From positions 1 through 64,000 of the IMG/VR virus record IMGVR_UViG_3300036851_000172: a stretch of DNA of 64,000 nucleotides; one strand, given 5' to 3'. Position numbers and translations under genes: made by a program. Below are positions 28,763 through 38,909 of this stretch, piece after piece (within the stretch, counting starts at the first letter, position 1; every line of letters starts with the position of its first letter). This DNA comes from a virus. The notes below the pieces were generated by a model, which ran no database searches, was not told the DNA's origin, and saw only the letters and a list, made by a program, of their open reading frames with translations.

Positions 28763-29217
28763 TGGCATACGGACCAAAACCGCGACCAATACTTGAGCGC
28801 TTCGAGGCGTTGACGATCCCAGAGCCAAATAGTGGCTGTTTTTTGTGGCTGGGGACCCTCGCCGGGAAGTATGGCGGGTTCAAAGTTGGCAGACAGACAG
28901 TTTATGCCCACCGATTTGCATGCGAGGCCGCACACGGTCCGATACCCCATCGGATGGAAGTTCTTCATGGTTGTGATAACAAGCTTTGTGTTAATCCCCA
29001 GCACCTATCCATTGGAACCTCTTCTCAAAACCATAAGGATGCGTATAGGCGCGGCTTGAAAAGGGGGATCAGTGGGAGAGCAGTTTTATCTGAAGGTGAT
29101 GTTAGGACTATCCGATCTTCATGCGAGACAAATGCCGTTTTGGCTCGCAGATACAAAGTCAGTCTTACGGCAATTTCTAACGTCAAGAACCATGTAACTT
29201 GGAGGAATATCAAATGA
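28762..29217 (+). CDS. Free-standing HNH homing endonuclease
   Basis: EPNSGCFLW, AHR, VLHGCDNKLCVNPQHL, C-terminal HTH; visibly more AT-rich than its flanks. Confidence 0.9.
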   Translation: MAYGPKPRPILERFEALTIPEPNSGCFLWLGTLAGKYGGFKVGRQTVYAHRFACEAAHGPIPHRMEVLHGCDNKLCVNPQHLSIGTSSQNHKDAYRRGLKRGISGRAVLSEGDVRTIRSSCETNAVLARRYKVSLTAISNVKNHVTWRNIK

Positions 29218-29318
29218 GCACCAAAGACGAGCAACCCAAGGGCAAGCCAGTTCCACTCCCGCCGGATGACGGCATGGGCCAGGGCGGATCGGCACCTCTT
29301 CCAAAGCGGTGATAGACT

Positions 29319-29924
29319 GTGGCCATCAGTGACTATGCGACGCTCCAGACTGCCGTTGATAACTGGCTCTCGCATCAGCTTTTCACCGCGCGCGTTCCTG
29401 AGTTCATTGCCCTGTTCGAGGCGACGGCAAACCGCCGGCTTCGTGTGCGGCAGCAGGAGACCTCAACCACGCTGACGCCATCGGCCGGAGAAGCCGCCAT
29501 TCCGGCCGATTATCTTTCGTGGCGGCAGGCAAAGTGGACGGGTGATACTCCTGTTGTGTTGGAGTATGTCGAGCCGGATTATCTGGATGCAAGCCGTCCA
29601 ATAGTGACCTCCGTGAACCCTACAATGTTCACGATTGAGGGCGCGACGTTCCGGACCGGATCATCGGACACGACGGACATCAGTTTCAAATATTTTGCCA
29701 AGGTCGCATCGCTGTCGGATGTCGCTACGACCAACTGGCTGCTGACTGCGCATCCTGACCTCTACCTGTTCGGCTCGTTGTGCGAGGCGGAAGCCTTTGG
29801 CAGCAATGACGAGCGCATCATGCTGTGGAAGGCGCGCAGGGATGAGGTTTTCGAGGAGATCGAGAAGCTGAGCAACAAGACGCGTGGTTCGGGTGTTGTG
29901 AAGGTGCTTGGGCCAACGCCGTGA
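29319..29924 (+). CDS. Head-tail adaptor protein
   Basis: DYATLQTAV..WL, FIALFEA..NRRLR, TNWLL..HPDLYLFGSL. Confidence 0.8.
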   Translation: MAISDYATLQTAVDNWLSHQLFTARVPEFIALFEATANRRLRVRQQETSTTLTPSAGEAAIPADYLSWRQAKWTGDTPVVLEYVEPDYLDASRPIVTSVNPTMFTIEGATFRTGSSDTTDISFKYFAKVASLSDVATTNWLLTAHPDLYLFGSLCEAEAFGSNDERIMLWKARRDEVFEEIEKLSNKTRGSGVVKVLGPTP

Positions 29925-31621
29925 GCGACATCCTGCCGTTCCCCGAGTGGGCTCCCGACCTCTCGCCATACAAGGGCATCAGTTCGCAGACCATCAAGAA
30001 CGTTCTGCCGCGGGGTGACGGCTACATGCCGTTCAAGTCGTTCCAGGCGCTGACCGCGGCGCTCCCCGCTACCTGCCGCGGTTTTTTCTATGCAAAGAAC
30101 ACGGACGGCAGCATTACGGTTTTCGCCGGCACTTCTGATCGGCTCTACAGGTTGGACAACTCAACGCTGACCTGGGTGCCGGTCTCCAAGGTCACTGCGC
30201 TCACGTCGATCTCGAACGCCTCCCCGGCGGTGTTCACGCTCAACAGTCACGGCCGTGCCATAGGCGATGCGATTGTCCTGTCAACGTCAGGGGCATTGCC
30301 TACCGGCCTGACGGTCGGAACGGTCTACTACATCATATCGGCAGGCTTCACGGCCAACGCGTTTCAGGTATCATTGACTCCCGGCGGGGCGGCGATCAAC
30401 ACGTCCTCTGCTGGTTCGGGTACGCACTCGTTCACCGACGACTATACCGCACTCCCTACCGGGTATCATTGGCAGTTCGCGCAGTTCGGCTCGATTGTCA
30501 TCGCGGTGCAGCCGAATGCAAACCCGCAGGCGTACACACTTGGGAGCTCGGCGGCGTTTGCTGATCTGGCGGGATCGCCTCCGCAGGCTGCGTATATCGC
30601 CATCGTCGGGCGGTTTGTGGTCCTGACTGGCCTCACGTCAACTCCGTTCCGCATTCACTGGTCTGCCATCGGATCAGCCATCGGCTGGACGGCTGGCACG
30701 AATTCATCCGATACGCAGGACTTGCCGGACGGCGGCATTGTCCGAGGCGTGGCCGGCGGGGAGTATGGGGTGATCTTCCAAGAGACCGCCATGCGCCGGA
30801 TGGTCTTTGCGCCGGGGTCGCCCACGGTTTTTGTGATTCAGAGGATCGCGGAAGATAAGGGCTTGCTGGCTCCGTATTCCATTATCCGGGCCGGTGAGAA
30901 AATCTTTTGGCTTGCCGCCCAAGGCTTTCATGGCATGGCCCCCACGGGGGTTCCGGAGGCAATCGGAAAGGAGAAGTTCGATCGGTTCTTCTTCGACAAC
31001 TACAATTCCAGCGCTCTGCAACTCGTCATCGGCGCGGCTGATCCGCAGGCTACGAGGGTCTATTGGGCATTCCAGTCGTCGGCGGGCAGCGGCGGTAGTT
31101 TCGATTTCATTCTCTGCTATGATTACGGCATCGGCAGGCCGACGCTGATCGAGCAGAGCGGAGAATATCTCGCATCTCTGGCGGCGCCAGGGATCACGCT
31201 GGAGAGCTTGGATAGCATCAGTTCGTCGATCGACGTCCTGACCCAATCACTTGATGATATCTCTACGGCCGCATTGGCGAGGCTCTCCGCGGTCAGCACC
31301 TCGCACATCGTTGGGTTTTATTCCGGTAGTAACATCGAGGCCACGCTCGACACCTCAGAACAGGCGGGGACCCGCAGGTTCCGCGTCAAGGGCTTTCGTC
31401 CCATCACGGATGCCGCCACTTGCTACGGATCGGTCGGAGCAAGGGAGACTGTGCAGGAGTCGGTGGCGTACTCCGCGGAGCAGGCTGTGAATGCTCGTGG
31501 TCTGTGTCCGGCCAATGTCTCCACGAGAATGGCCAGGGGTCGGCTGCGCATTCCGTCCGCTACGGCATGGACATTTGCGACGGGCGTCGAGCCTGAGGTT
31601 GGCCAGGAGGGTAGGAGGTAA
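29921..31621 (+). CDS. Tail nozzle / stabilisation protein (podovirus)
   Basis: FPEWAPD start, WQFAQFG, IHWSAIG, QDLPDGG; position after the adaptor. Confidence 0.78.
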   Translation: MSDILPFPEWAPDLSPYKGISSQTIKNVLPRGDGYMPFKSFQALTAALPATCRGFFYAKNTDGSITVFAGTSDRLYRLDNSTLTWVPVSKVTALTSISNASPAVFTLNSHGRAIGDAIVLSTSGALPTGLTVGTVYYIISAGFTANAFQVSLTPGGAAINTSSAGSGTHSFTDDYTALPTGYHWQFAQFGSIVIAVQPNANPQAYTLGSSAAFADLAGSPPQAAYIAIVGRFVVLTGLTSTPFRIHWSAIGSAIGWTAGTNSSDTQDLPDGGIVRGVAGGEYGVIFQETAMRRMVFAPGSPTVFVIQRIAEDKGLLAPYSIIRAGEKIFWLAAQGFHGMAPTGVPEAIGKEKFDRFFFDNYNSSALQLVIGAADPQATRVYWAFQSSAGSGGSFDFILCYDYGIGRPTLIEQSGEYLASLAAPGITLESLDSISSSIDVLTQSLDDISTAALARLSAVSTSHIVGFYSGSNIEATLDTSEQAGTRRFRVKGFRPITDAATCYGSVGARETVQESVAYSAEQAVNARGLCPANVSTRMARGRLRIPSATAWTFATGVEPEVGQEGRR

Positions 31622-32160
31622 TGGCTAGTCTTCCGGTCCTGCCGGCCACGGAGCAAGACTTCTTCAAGATCGTCTCGAATATTAATCAGTTGGCTGAGTA
31701 TCTCAACCGTGGCCAATTCGTCGGAACAAGCACGAACGATAATGCGACAGCGGGAAGCGTTGGTGAATATGTCTCCTCCATCATCACGGCAGCCAGCAAG
31801 GTTGCTCTTACAACCGCTGTTGCCGCTGACATCACCAACATCAGCTTAACGGCCGGTGATTGGGATGTCTGGGTCAACGGGTTCTTTAATCCTGCTGGAA
31901 CGACGGTGACCACATTTGGCGTCTTGTGCGTCTCGCTGGTCAGCGCAACGCTCGATACGACTATCGGTCGCGTGGGCATTCTCTCGATCCCGGCAGCCGG
32001 CTTTACAGGTGCGGGTAGTGGCGGAAACATCACGACCAACACCGGACCAGTAAGATTCAGCCTAGCAAGTACGACAACGCTTTACTTCGTCGCTCGGGCG
32101 GATTTCACCACCAGCACATGTCATGCCTACGGCGGCATCTTCGCTAGGCGCGTCCGGTAA
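31621..32160 (+). CDS. Small tail-associated protein
   Basis: GTSTNDNATAGSVGEY...ISLTAGDWDV...ARRVR, as seen in phage tail fibres. Confidence 0.7.
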   Translation: MASLPVLPATEQDFFKIVSNINQLAEYLNRGQFVGTSTNDNATAGSVGEYVSSIITAASKVALTTAVAADITNISLTAGDWDVWVNGFFNPAGTTVTTFGVLCVSLVSATLDTTIGRVGILSIPAAGFTGAGSGGNITTNTGPVRFSLASTTTLYFVARADFTTSTCHAYGGIFARRVR

Positions 32161-32312
32161 TAGCAAGACGTAACTGAAGCTGCTCGATCATGTCGAACAG
32201 GATTTTCTGCTCTGTGCACAGTCGCAGGATTTCGGACTGTGCTTCAGGCAGCGTCTGCGGCAATGCGGGCTCGTCTTGAGGTTCTTTTGTCGGTCCGTAT
32301 CGCTTCTCGAAA

Positions 32313-32744
32313 TTGATCATGTCAACCATGGGATGCCTCGTGCAACTGATCTGCATTCCGCCGGACGTGGTCGATCAGGTCTGGCCCAGGATATCAGGCC
32401 TGATCTTCGTTGCAATGAAGAAGGGACAGGTCGGATCGTTCGAGGTGGTCAAGAACGACATCCTGTCCGGCCGCTCACTTCTGTGGGTGGCGTGGGACGG
32501 CGTCAGTCCAACCATCGAGGCCGCCGCGGTCACTCGTATCGAAGAGACGGAGTGGCGTCGGGTCTGCACCATTGTTGCCTGCGGCGGCGCTCACATGGAG
32601 CGCTGGATACATCTGCTCGATACGATCGAGGACTACGGGCGAACCGAGAAGTGCTCGGCAGCGCGCATTTATGGAAGAGAGGGTTGGCACAGGATGCTTC
32701 CCTCTTATCGACGCAAGCGCGTCATCTTAGAGAAAGCGCTATAG
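32313..32744 (+). CDS. GNAT-like protein preceding the ejection genes
   Basis: LLWVAWDG..IEAAAVT, CGG..M..W, GREGW.R; start may be GTG 32340. Confidence 0.65.
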   Translation: MIMSTMGCLVQLICIPPDVVDQVWPRISGLIFVAMKKGQVGSFEVVKNDILSGRSLLWVAWDGVSPTIEAAAVTRIEETEWRRVCTIVACGGAHMERWIHLLDTIEDYGRTEKCSAARIYGREGWHRMLPSYRRKRVILEKAL

Positions 32745-32753
32745 GAGGCGACG

Positions 32754-33389
32754 GTGGGAGGTCAGAGCCAAAGTGACCAACAACAGTCCCAGACCACAAC
32801 TCCGTATGGTCCGGCGCAGGCCCAACTCAATCCGCTGCTGAACCAACTCGGCACGATGGGGCCGACCGCGGATCGCACTGGGATGGTGAGCGATGCCTAC
32901 TCGCAATATCAGACCAACCTTGCGCCAACGGCGAGCGGACAGTTCCTTGACCCCAACTCAAACCCGTTCTTCTCGCAAGCCGCTACCGGCGTTGCCGACA
33001 GCGTACAGGGTCGGTTGAGCGCTCTCTATGCCGGGTCGGGACGTGATCCCGCAGGGGCTGGGAGCTACGGTGGAAACCTCGGTAAGGGAATAGCCGAGGC
33101 TTTGGCGCCCATGTACGCCAACCAATACAATGCCGAACGGCAGAATCAGCTGGCAGCGCAGAACAGTCTCTACGGGGCGGGCGGCCAGACGGCGGGGCTC
33201 TTGTCCAGCCTGGATCAGATTCCCCTTCAACAGTTGCTGGCCAAGATGGGTGCCGTGCTTCCTGCGGCGTCGGCGTTCGGCACGACGACGGGCACTCAAT
33301 CCGGGACCAAGGAAATGTCAGCAGTGGAGGAGGCGTCGGGCTGGGCCAACCTCGCCGGAAGTCTCTTTGGCGGCGGAAAGAAGGGCTAA
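32754..33389 (+). CDS. Ejection / DNA-transfer protein (Q/G-rich)
   Basis: MGGQSQS..QTTT.PY start, NPF motif, position. Confidence 0.7.
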   Translation: MGGQSQSDQQQSQTTTPYGPAQAQLNPLLNQLGTMGPTADRTGMVSDAYSQYQTNLAPTASGQFLDPNSNPFFSQAATGVADSVQGRLSALYAGSGRDPAGAGSYGGNLGKGIAEALAPMYANQYNAERQNQLAAQNSLYGAGGQTAGLLSSLDQIPLQQLLAKMGAVLPAASAFGTTTGTQSGTKEMSAVEEASGWANLAGSLFGGGKKG

Positions 33390-33392
33390 GCC

Positions 33393-34064
33393 ATGTATCC
33401 ACAACTAGACCTCCGGCAGTTGATGGCGATGTATGCGCCCCGCCAAATGCAGTTTGCTCCGCAGCAGCAAGATCAGCGCATGCAGCAGCAGCAAGGTGGC
33501 GGCGGTGGTAGTGGCCCACTCAACCCGTCGAATCTCAAGCAATGGCAAGAGCTATTCCAGGGCGGCGGCGGCACAGGAGGCATGGCGGCTGGTGGTGAGG
33601 CCGCCCCGATTGGGTTGGTTGGAGACTACAGTGGAGCCATGGGAGCCAGTGCGGCCCCTATGGCCATGGAAGGGGCCGGGCTCGCCGGTGGCGCGGCAGG
33701 AGGTGCGGCTGGTGGCATGGGTGCCGCTGGAGCCGCTGAAGGACTTGGTGCCGGTGGCGCTGCGCTGGGCGAGGGCATGGCAGGATTGGGGGCCGGGATG
33801 GGCGAGGGGCTGGCGGCTCTCTTCGCGCTGTTCTCTGATCCCCGCGTGAAGGAAAACAAGGCGCCGGTTGGCAAGCTCTACGACGGCACGCCGGTGTGGT
33901 CCTACAACTACATCGGGGATCCCACGCCTCGCATTGGTCTGATGGCCAACGAGGTGCGGCCGGATGCTGTCTTTGATGTCGGCGGCGTCAAGGCTGTCAA
34001 CTACGGCCGCGCTACGGAGAACGCGCGTGCGATCGGCGGCATCCTCGGGGACCTCGGAGCCTGA
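33393..34064 (+). CDS. Gly/Ala-rich protein with C-terminal peptidase S74 chaperone domain
   Basis: FSDPRVKEN...Y.Y.G...IGLMANEV...AV...G..AVNY. Confidence 0.85.
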   Translation: MYPQLDLRQLMAMYAPRQMQFAPQQQDQRMQQQQGGGGGSGPLNPSNLKQWQELFQGGGGTGGMAAGGEAAPIGLVGDYSGAMGASAAPMAMEGAGLAGGAAGGAAGGMGAAGAAEGLGAGGAALGEGMAGLGAGMGEGLAALFALFSDPRVKENKAPVGKLYDGTPVWSYNYIGDPTPRIGLMANEVRPDAVFDVGGVKAVNYGRATENARAIGGILGDLGA

Positions 34065-34066
34065 CC

Positions 34067-35314
34067 ATGGGCCTCTTCGACGGCGCATTTGGTGGCGGTG
34101 GGACAGGTATCCTGCCGGACTGGCTGTGGCAGAATCCTCAGGCCATGGCTCAACAGCCCAATGCCATGGCGGGCGGCTCTCCGGCGGGCAGCTTTGCGGA
34201 CATGTGGAGTGGTGTTTCCGCGATGCCGCGCATGCAGTCCGTGGAGAGCTCGCCGCTGTCGATTCCAGAAATGCTGGGCGGTGGCCGCATGGCCTACTCC
34301 CCGCAGTCTCAGCCCGCTATTAATCCATTCAATGCCGGTGATGAGAGGGGCGCCCCTCAGCCAGCCCTGCAGGCGGCTCCGAGTGCAGCGCAGGCGCCCG
34401 CTGAGATTGGCTTTGGTGATCGGCTGCTTGCCGGTCTGCTGAGCTTCGGCAACAGCGGAGCGCCGATCCCGGCAATTGCAAATCTGATTGGTGGCCTTGC
34501 TACTGGGCAGCGTACAGACCCAATGGCGATGGCGTTGGCCCAAAGACAACTGCGGCAGCAACCTGCCGACATTCTTGAATATGAATATGCTAAGGGGCAA
34601 GGTTATAAGGGCACGCTGCAGGACTGGATTGCGAACAAGCGCGCGGGTGCTGGTGAGTATGGCCTAAACCCGATCTACGGCGTTGATGCGCAGGGCAATC
34701 CCACTGTCATGCAGCTCGGCAAGGGCGGCGTGGCCACGCAATCGAAACTCCCGGAAGGCGTGAAGATTTCGAAGGACCCGATCAAGCTGGATGCGGGTAC
34801 ACACTGGGTCATTCTTGATCCCACGACACGGCAGCCCGTGGCGACGGTGCCGAAGGACCTTGCTGGCGCTGAGAGGCAGAAGGAACTGGGCCAGGCCGGC
34901 GGCAAGGCTGAATTCGACCTTCCGCGCATCGAGCAGAATGCCGAGCAAGCGCTACAGACCATCAACCAAATCCGCAATCATCCCGGCAAGCAGTATTCTG
35001 TGGGCGTGCCCGGTATTGTTCCTGGTGTCCCTGGCACCCAGCAAAAGGACTTCGTCTCTCTGGTCGATCAGGCCAAGGGTAAGGCGTTCCTAGAAGCCTT
35101 CAACTCGCTCAAGGGTGGCGGCCAGATTACCGAGGTCGAGGGCAAGAAGGCGACCGATGCCATTGCGCGGCTTGACCGGACGCAGAGCAAGGAAGGGTTC
35201 GAGCAGGCTTTGAAGGACCTTGAGTCCGTGATCCGGGTTGGTATCGCACGGGCACGGCAGCAGGCCGGTAAGGGCGGCAAACTGCAGGCGCCCGACCCAT
35301 TGGGAATTCGCTGA
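34067..35314 (+). CDS. Ejection / DNA-transfer protein
   Basis: EYEYAK.QGY.G and AFNSLKGGGQITEVEG.KA motifs of P22 gp20-like proteins. Confidence 0.72.
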   Translation: MGLFDGAFGGGGTGILPDWLWQNPQAMAQQPNAMAGGSPAGSFADMWSGVSAMPRMQSVESSPLSIPEMLGGGRMAYSPQSQPAINPFNAGDERGAPQPALQAAPSAAQAPAEIGFGDRLLAGLLSFGNSGAPIPAIANLIGGLATGQRTDPMAMALAQRQLRQQPADILEYEYAKGQGYKGTLQDWIANKRAGAGEYGLNPIYGVDAQGNPTVMQLGKGGVATQSKLPEGVKISKDPIKLDAGTHWVILDPTTRQPVATVPKDLAGAERQKELGQAGGKAEFDLPRIEQNAEQALQTINQIRNHPGKQYSVGVPGIVPGVPGTQQKDFVSLVDQAKGKAFLEAFNSLKGGGQITEVEGKKATDAIARLDRTQSKEGFEQALKDLESVIRVGIARARQQAGKGGKLQAPDPLGIR

Positions 35315-36933
35315 TGCCGACGATCTCCGAAATCCGCGAGCAGTATCCGCAGTACAGTGACATGTCGGATGCTGACTTGGCGGGCGCGCTGCATAAGAAA
35401 TTCTACAGCGATATGCCGGAAGCCGACTTTATGACAAAGATCGGTATGTCCGCGCCTGTTGCGGAGCCGTCAGTGGACATCGGCGCTGATGCACTGAAGT
35501 CGGGCGGTATCGGTATTGCTAAGGGCGCGATTGGTCTGGGTGGGCTTCCGGGCGATATCCGCTCACTCGCCTCATCTGCTACCGATTACGTCGGCGGCAA
35601 GCTCGGCGTCTCTCCAGAGACGATTGCGGCGCTGAAACGCAATGTAGCAACGGCTACGCCTATATCTGCCGCGCTGTCGGTCGCGCCGACCTCGCAACAG
35701 ATTCAGTCTGGGGTCGAGAGTGTCACCGGAGAGTTCTACAAGCCGCAATCCCTGGCCGGTGAATATGCCCAGACCGTTGGCGAGTTCTTGCCGGGCGCCG
35801 TTGCGGGGCCGGGTGGCATTGCGCGCCGAGCGGTCGGGCAAGTGCTTGCGCCAGCCTTGACCAGTGAAACCGCAGGACAGGCAACGAAGGGAACGGCGCT
35901 CGAGCCTTACGCCCGCATTGCCGGCGGTGTGGCTGGTGGTCTTGCCGGAGCAAGGGCTACGTCACCGAAAGCCGCCGCCGCTCCAGCTATTGAGCAGGTT
36001 CAGCAGGCCGCGACTCAGGGCTACAAGAGCCCGGAGGTCACCAGCGTTGTATTCAATCCGAATTCTGTGCAGAGGCTTTCCAATTCGGTTTTGTCCGAAC
36101 TGGACCGAGCAAAGCTGAATGTAAAGCGCGCTCCCGAAACGCGCGGATTAATTGACGATCTCAAGACGCCTATAAATGGCGCAGCTCACACAGTCGAGGA
36201 CTTGCAGACGACGCGCGAGCTTCTGGGGAAGGTGGCAGGGAATTTTACCAATACGGTGGAGCAGGCCGCCGCATCCAAGGCGATCTCTGCTCTTGATAAG
36301 TATCTCGCCAACGTTCCACAGTCACACCTATTGGCCGGTGATGCGAAGGCGGCAAATGCTGCGATGACGGCAGCGCGAGGCAACTATGCCAGCGCCAAGA
36401 CCGCAGAGCGGGTTGCCGAGAAATTGAAAAATGCCGAGCTTCAAGCTGGGTCCGCACACTCCGGCGGCAACATCGACAACGCCACGCGGCAGAAGCTTCG
36501 TACGCTCCTGACCAGCAAGAAGGGAAAACGTGGTTTCACCGAGGACGAGTTGGCACAACTGGAGACGGCCGTTGTCGGGTCCCGCACCGGAAATCTGCTG
36601 CGTGCCGGCGGTAAGCTGCTTGGTGGCGGTGGAGGTCTTGGTGCCGGTATCTACGGTCTCGCCAGCACGGTCGCCAATCCATTGCTCGCCGTGGCGCCAG
36701 CAGTTGGGTATGGGCTCAAGACGGCGGGCGATGCCATGACGCGCCGTCAGGCCCAAGCTGCTTTGCAGGCGATCTTGGCCCGGTCTCCCTTGGGGCAATC
36801 GATGGGGGCGGGGGTTCGGCCTCCGAATGTGGGCGCGATACGGTCCGGCCTTTTGGGTGGCCTCTTGGGCTCGACCGAGCCCCGCGCGCCATCACTCTTG
36901 CCGTTTGATCAGCGATGGCAACCCATACAATAG
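35314..36933 (+). CDS. Large ejection / DNA-transfer protein
   Basis: IREQYPQYSDMSD..LA.ALH.KFY start; A/G-rich helical body. Confidence 0.72.
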   Translation: MPTISEIREQYPQYSDMSDADLAGALHKKFYSDMPEADFMTKIGMSAPVAEPSVDIGADALKSGGIGIAKGAIGLGGLPGDIRSLASSATDYVGGKLGVSPETIAALKRNVATATPISAALSVAPTSQQIQSGVESVTGEFYKPQSLAGEYAQTVGEFLPGAVAGPGGIARRAVGQVLAPALTSETAGQATKGTALEPYARIAGGVAGGLAGARATSPKAAAAPAIEQVQQAATQGYKSPEVTSVVFNPNSVQRLSNSVLSELDRAKLNVKRAPETRGLIDDLKTPINGAAHTVEDLQTTRELLGKVAGNFTNTVEQAAASKAISALDKYLANVPQSHLLAGDAKAANAAMTAARGNYASAKTAERVAEKLKNAELQAGSAHSGGNIDNATRQKLRTLLTSKKGKRGFTEDELAQLETAVVGSRTGNLLRAGGKLLGGGGGLGAGIYGLASTVANPLLAVAPAVGYGLKTAGDAMTRRQAQAALQAILARSPLGQSMGAGVRPPNVGAIRSGLLGGLLGSTEPRAPSLLPFDQRWQPIQ

Positions 36934-37135
36934 TTACGATGAAGGCTGCGCCGACACCAAGAAGGCAGGCTAGCCACGGGTTCGGCGTCCACTGAAAATA
37001 GACGTTGCCGCACAGAACGGCCGAGAACACGGCCACCTGTACCAAGTGTTTCCACCCGAACCTGTAGAGAGCCAGGACACCACAGAGGGCGAATAGCCCG
37101 ATGGTGAACCAGAGCGCCTGTTCCTCGGAAAGCAT
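36716..37135 (-). CDS. Antisense multi-pass membrane protein (moron)
   Basis: Three hydrophobic segments in the first 75 aa; 3' end overlaps the ejection gene. Confidence 0.6.
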   Translation of the reverse strand: MLSEEQALWFTIGLFALCGVLALYRFGWKHLVQVAVFSAVLCGNVYFQWTPNPWLACLLGVGAAFIVTIVWVAIADQTARVMARGARSSPRGHPKGRTVSRPHSEAEPPPPSIAPRETGPRSPAKQLGPDGASWHRPPS

Positions 37136-37199
37136 GTGCTGAGCCTACCACGTCCCTGACAATCCCAACAATAGGCGCAAAATCCCATGGAGGCCCGCT

Positions 37200-38072
37200 T
37201 TGACCTGGTATAAGTGGAGTGTAACCGCGGCATCCAACGCCACGGCGGACAGCACTATCAATTGGGCAGAAGGCCAGGCCCCGTCATCGGTGAACGATTC
37301 CGCACGCGGCATGATGGCCGCTGCTGCGAAGTATCGCAAAGACTTGGGCGGCGTCACGACTGGCGGTTCCTCGACCGCCTACACCATCACGTCGAATCAA
37401 GTCTTCGACTTGCTCGCCAACATGAGCGGGAACATCGTCACTATCATTCCTCACACGACCTCAGGGGCCTCGCCTACGCTCAATGTGGATGGCCTTGGCG
37501 CCAAGGCTCTTAACGTCTCGACTACTGTAGCCATCCCCACGGGGGCGCTCGTCACTGGCTCGCCTTACAGCTTTGTGTACGTCAACGCCTCGAACGAGTT
37601 CATCCTCATCAATTCCACTGCGGTGCTGCAAACCATCAGCGCCACTACAGCGTCCGGAGACATGGTTGCCTCGCAGGCGGTCATGGAGACCGGCACCTCG
37701 ACAAGCACGCTGACCTCGCCGGGTCGGCAGCACTTCAATCCGAGGCATCCGAAGGCGTGGGCCAATTTCAGCGGCGAGGGAACGCCGGCAGTCACGGTAG
37801 GAACTGGCGTTTCGTCGATCACAGATAACGGCGCGGGTGACTATGCCGTGAACTGGACAACGTCATTTTCGACGGCGAACTATTGCACGGTGGGCAACGG
37901 GGGAACGCCAGCCAGCGGCGCATCAATGATTCTTGCTTTTGACAGGTCAACTGCGGCAGCACAGGTGGCACCCACGGCATCATCGGTACGTCTCAATATC
38001 GCCAACTTTGGCACCGGCGTCCTGACGGACACCAATCGCGTCTATATTGCGGCATTCGGAGACTTTGCGTGA
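37200..38072 (+). CDS. Tail fibre protein
   Basis: WS.TAASN...INWAEGQAPSSVNDSAR head-binding N-terminus; AWANF...VSSITDNG.GDY.VN C-terminus. Confidence 0.8.
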   Translation: MTWYKWSVTAASNATADSTINWAEGQAPSSVNDSARGMMAAAAKYRKDLGGVTTGGSSTAYTITSNQVFDLLANMSGNIVTIIPHTTSGASPTLNVDGLGAKALNVSTTVAIPTGALVTGSPYSFVYVNASNEFILINSTAVLQTISATTASGDMVASQAVMETGTSTSTLTSPGRQHFNPRHPKAWANFSGEGTPAVTVGTGVSSITDNGAGDYAVNWTTSFSTANYCTVGNGGTPASGASMILAFDRSTAAAQVAPTASSVRLNIANFGTGVLTDTNRVYIAAFGDFA

Positions 38073-38629
38073 TCATCTTCTCGACCAGGCCGGATGGCGG
38101 CGTTTCCACGATAGCCCCCTCTGCAGAGATCATGTCGTTCTTTACGTTGGGCGGCAAGCCAAAGAAAATGTATTGCGGTCGCGTTGATGGACAGATCAAC
38201 GCCATTGTTCAAGAAGGCATCCGAGAATCGGTGGCCGTTCGTTGGGTCAAGGCCGTTCGCGAAGGCGGGCTTACCGATGCGGAGGCCTATGAACTCATCA
38301 GGGACCGGCAGGTAAAGCCGGATTGGACCGGGCACGAGCTTTGGGAGTCGGGTCCGCAGGACCGCTGGTTTCGCAATGCCTGGAGGCGCTCGCCCAACGG
38401 CGGCCCGATCTACGTTGATCTCAGCAGGGCGCGGCCAATCCAGTTCAAGCACATCCGCACTGCGATCGAGGTCGAAAATAAACGGCGCGCGGACGATATC
38501 GACCTGTTCGACGCGCCGATTGAATGTGATCTGCTGAAGGTCAGACAGCGCATTCTCGCCGCATCGGACGAGATCGAGCTTCGTATGATCTGGCCTAAAG
38601 GCGTGCCTTGTGGCGCGGGTAGAGCGTAA
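38069..38629 (+). CDS. Tail fibre assembly-like protein
   Basis: DRWFRNAW motif and C-terminal EL..IWP; follows the fibre gene. Confidence 0.6.
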   Translation: MIIFSTRPDGGVSTIAPSAEIMSFFTLGGKPKKMYCGRVDGQINAIVQEGIRESVAVRWVKAVREGGLTDAEAYELIRDRQVKPDWTGHELWESGPQDRWFRNAWRRSPNGGPIYVDLSRARPIQFKHIRTAIEVENKRRADDIDLFDAPIECDLLKVRQRILAASDEIELRMIWPKGVPCGAGRA

Positions 38630-38909
38630 GGTCGCCTCGGATGCCCGCTTGATCGAGTTCGTCATCACAGCGCTTCAGCAGGAAAAAGGCGGGGATTACG
38701 AACAGTAGCCCCACGCACACAAATACGCTGCCGATAGCGAGCGGCACGAAGGCCAACAGGTATCCGACGCGTTTCATAGGCCAACTGTAACCCAAGGCTC
38801 CCGACATGGAAACCCTGTTCGCCGGCCTTGCCATCACAGCGGGGCTCGCCGCCCTGTTTGTTGTCTTCCCCTGGCTGTTGATGTTTTGGCCGGGGTTTGA
38901 TGCATTCAA

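Noticed and set aside
37200-38629. Diversity-generating retroelement acting on the tail fibre
   Set aside because: No reverse transcriptase in the window and no template/variable repeat pair noticed.
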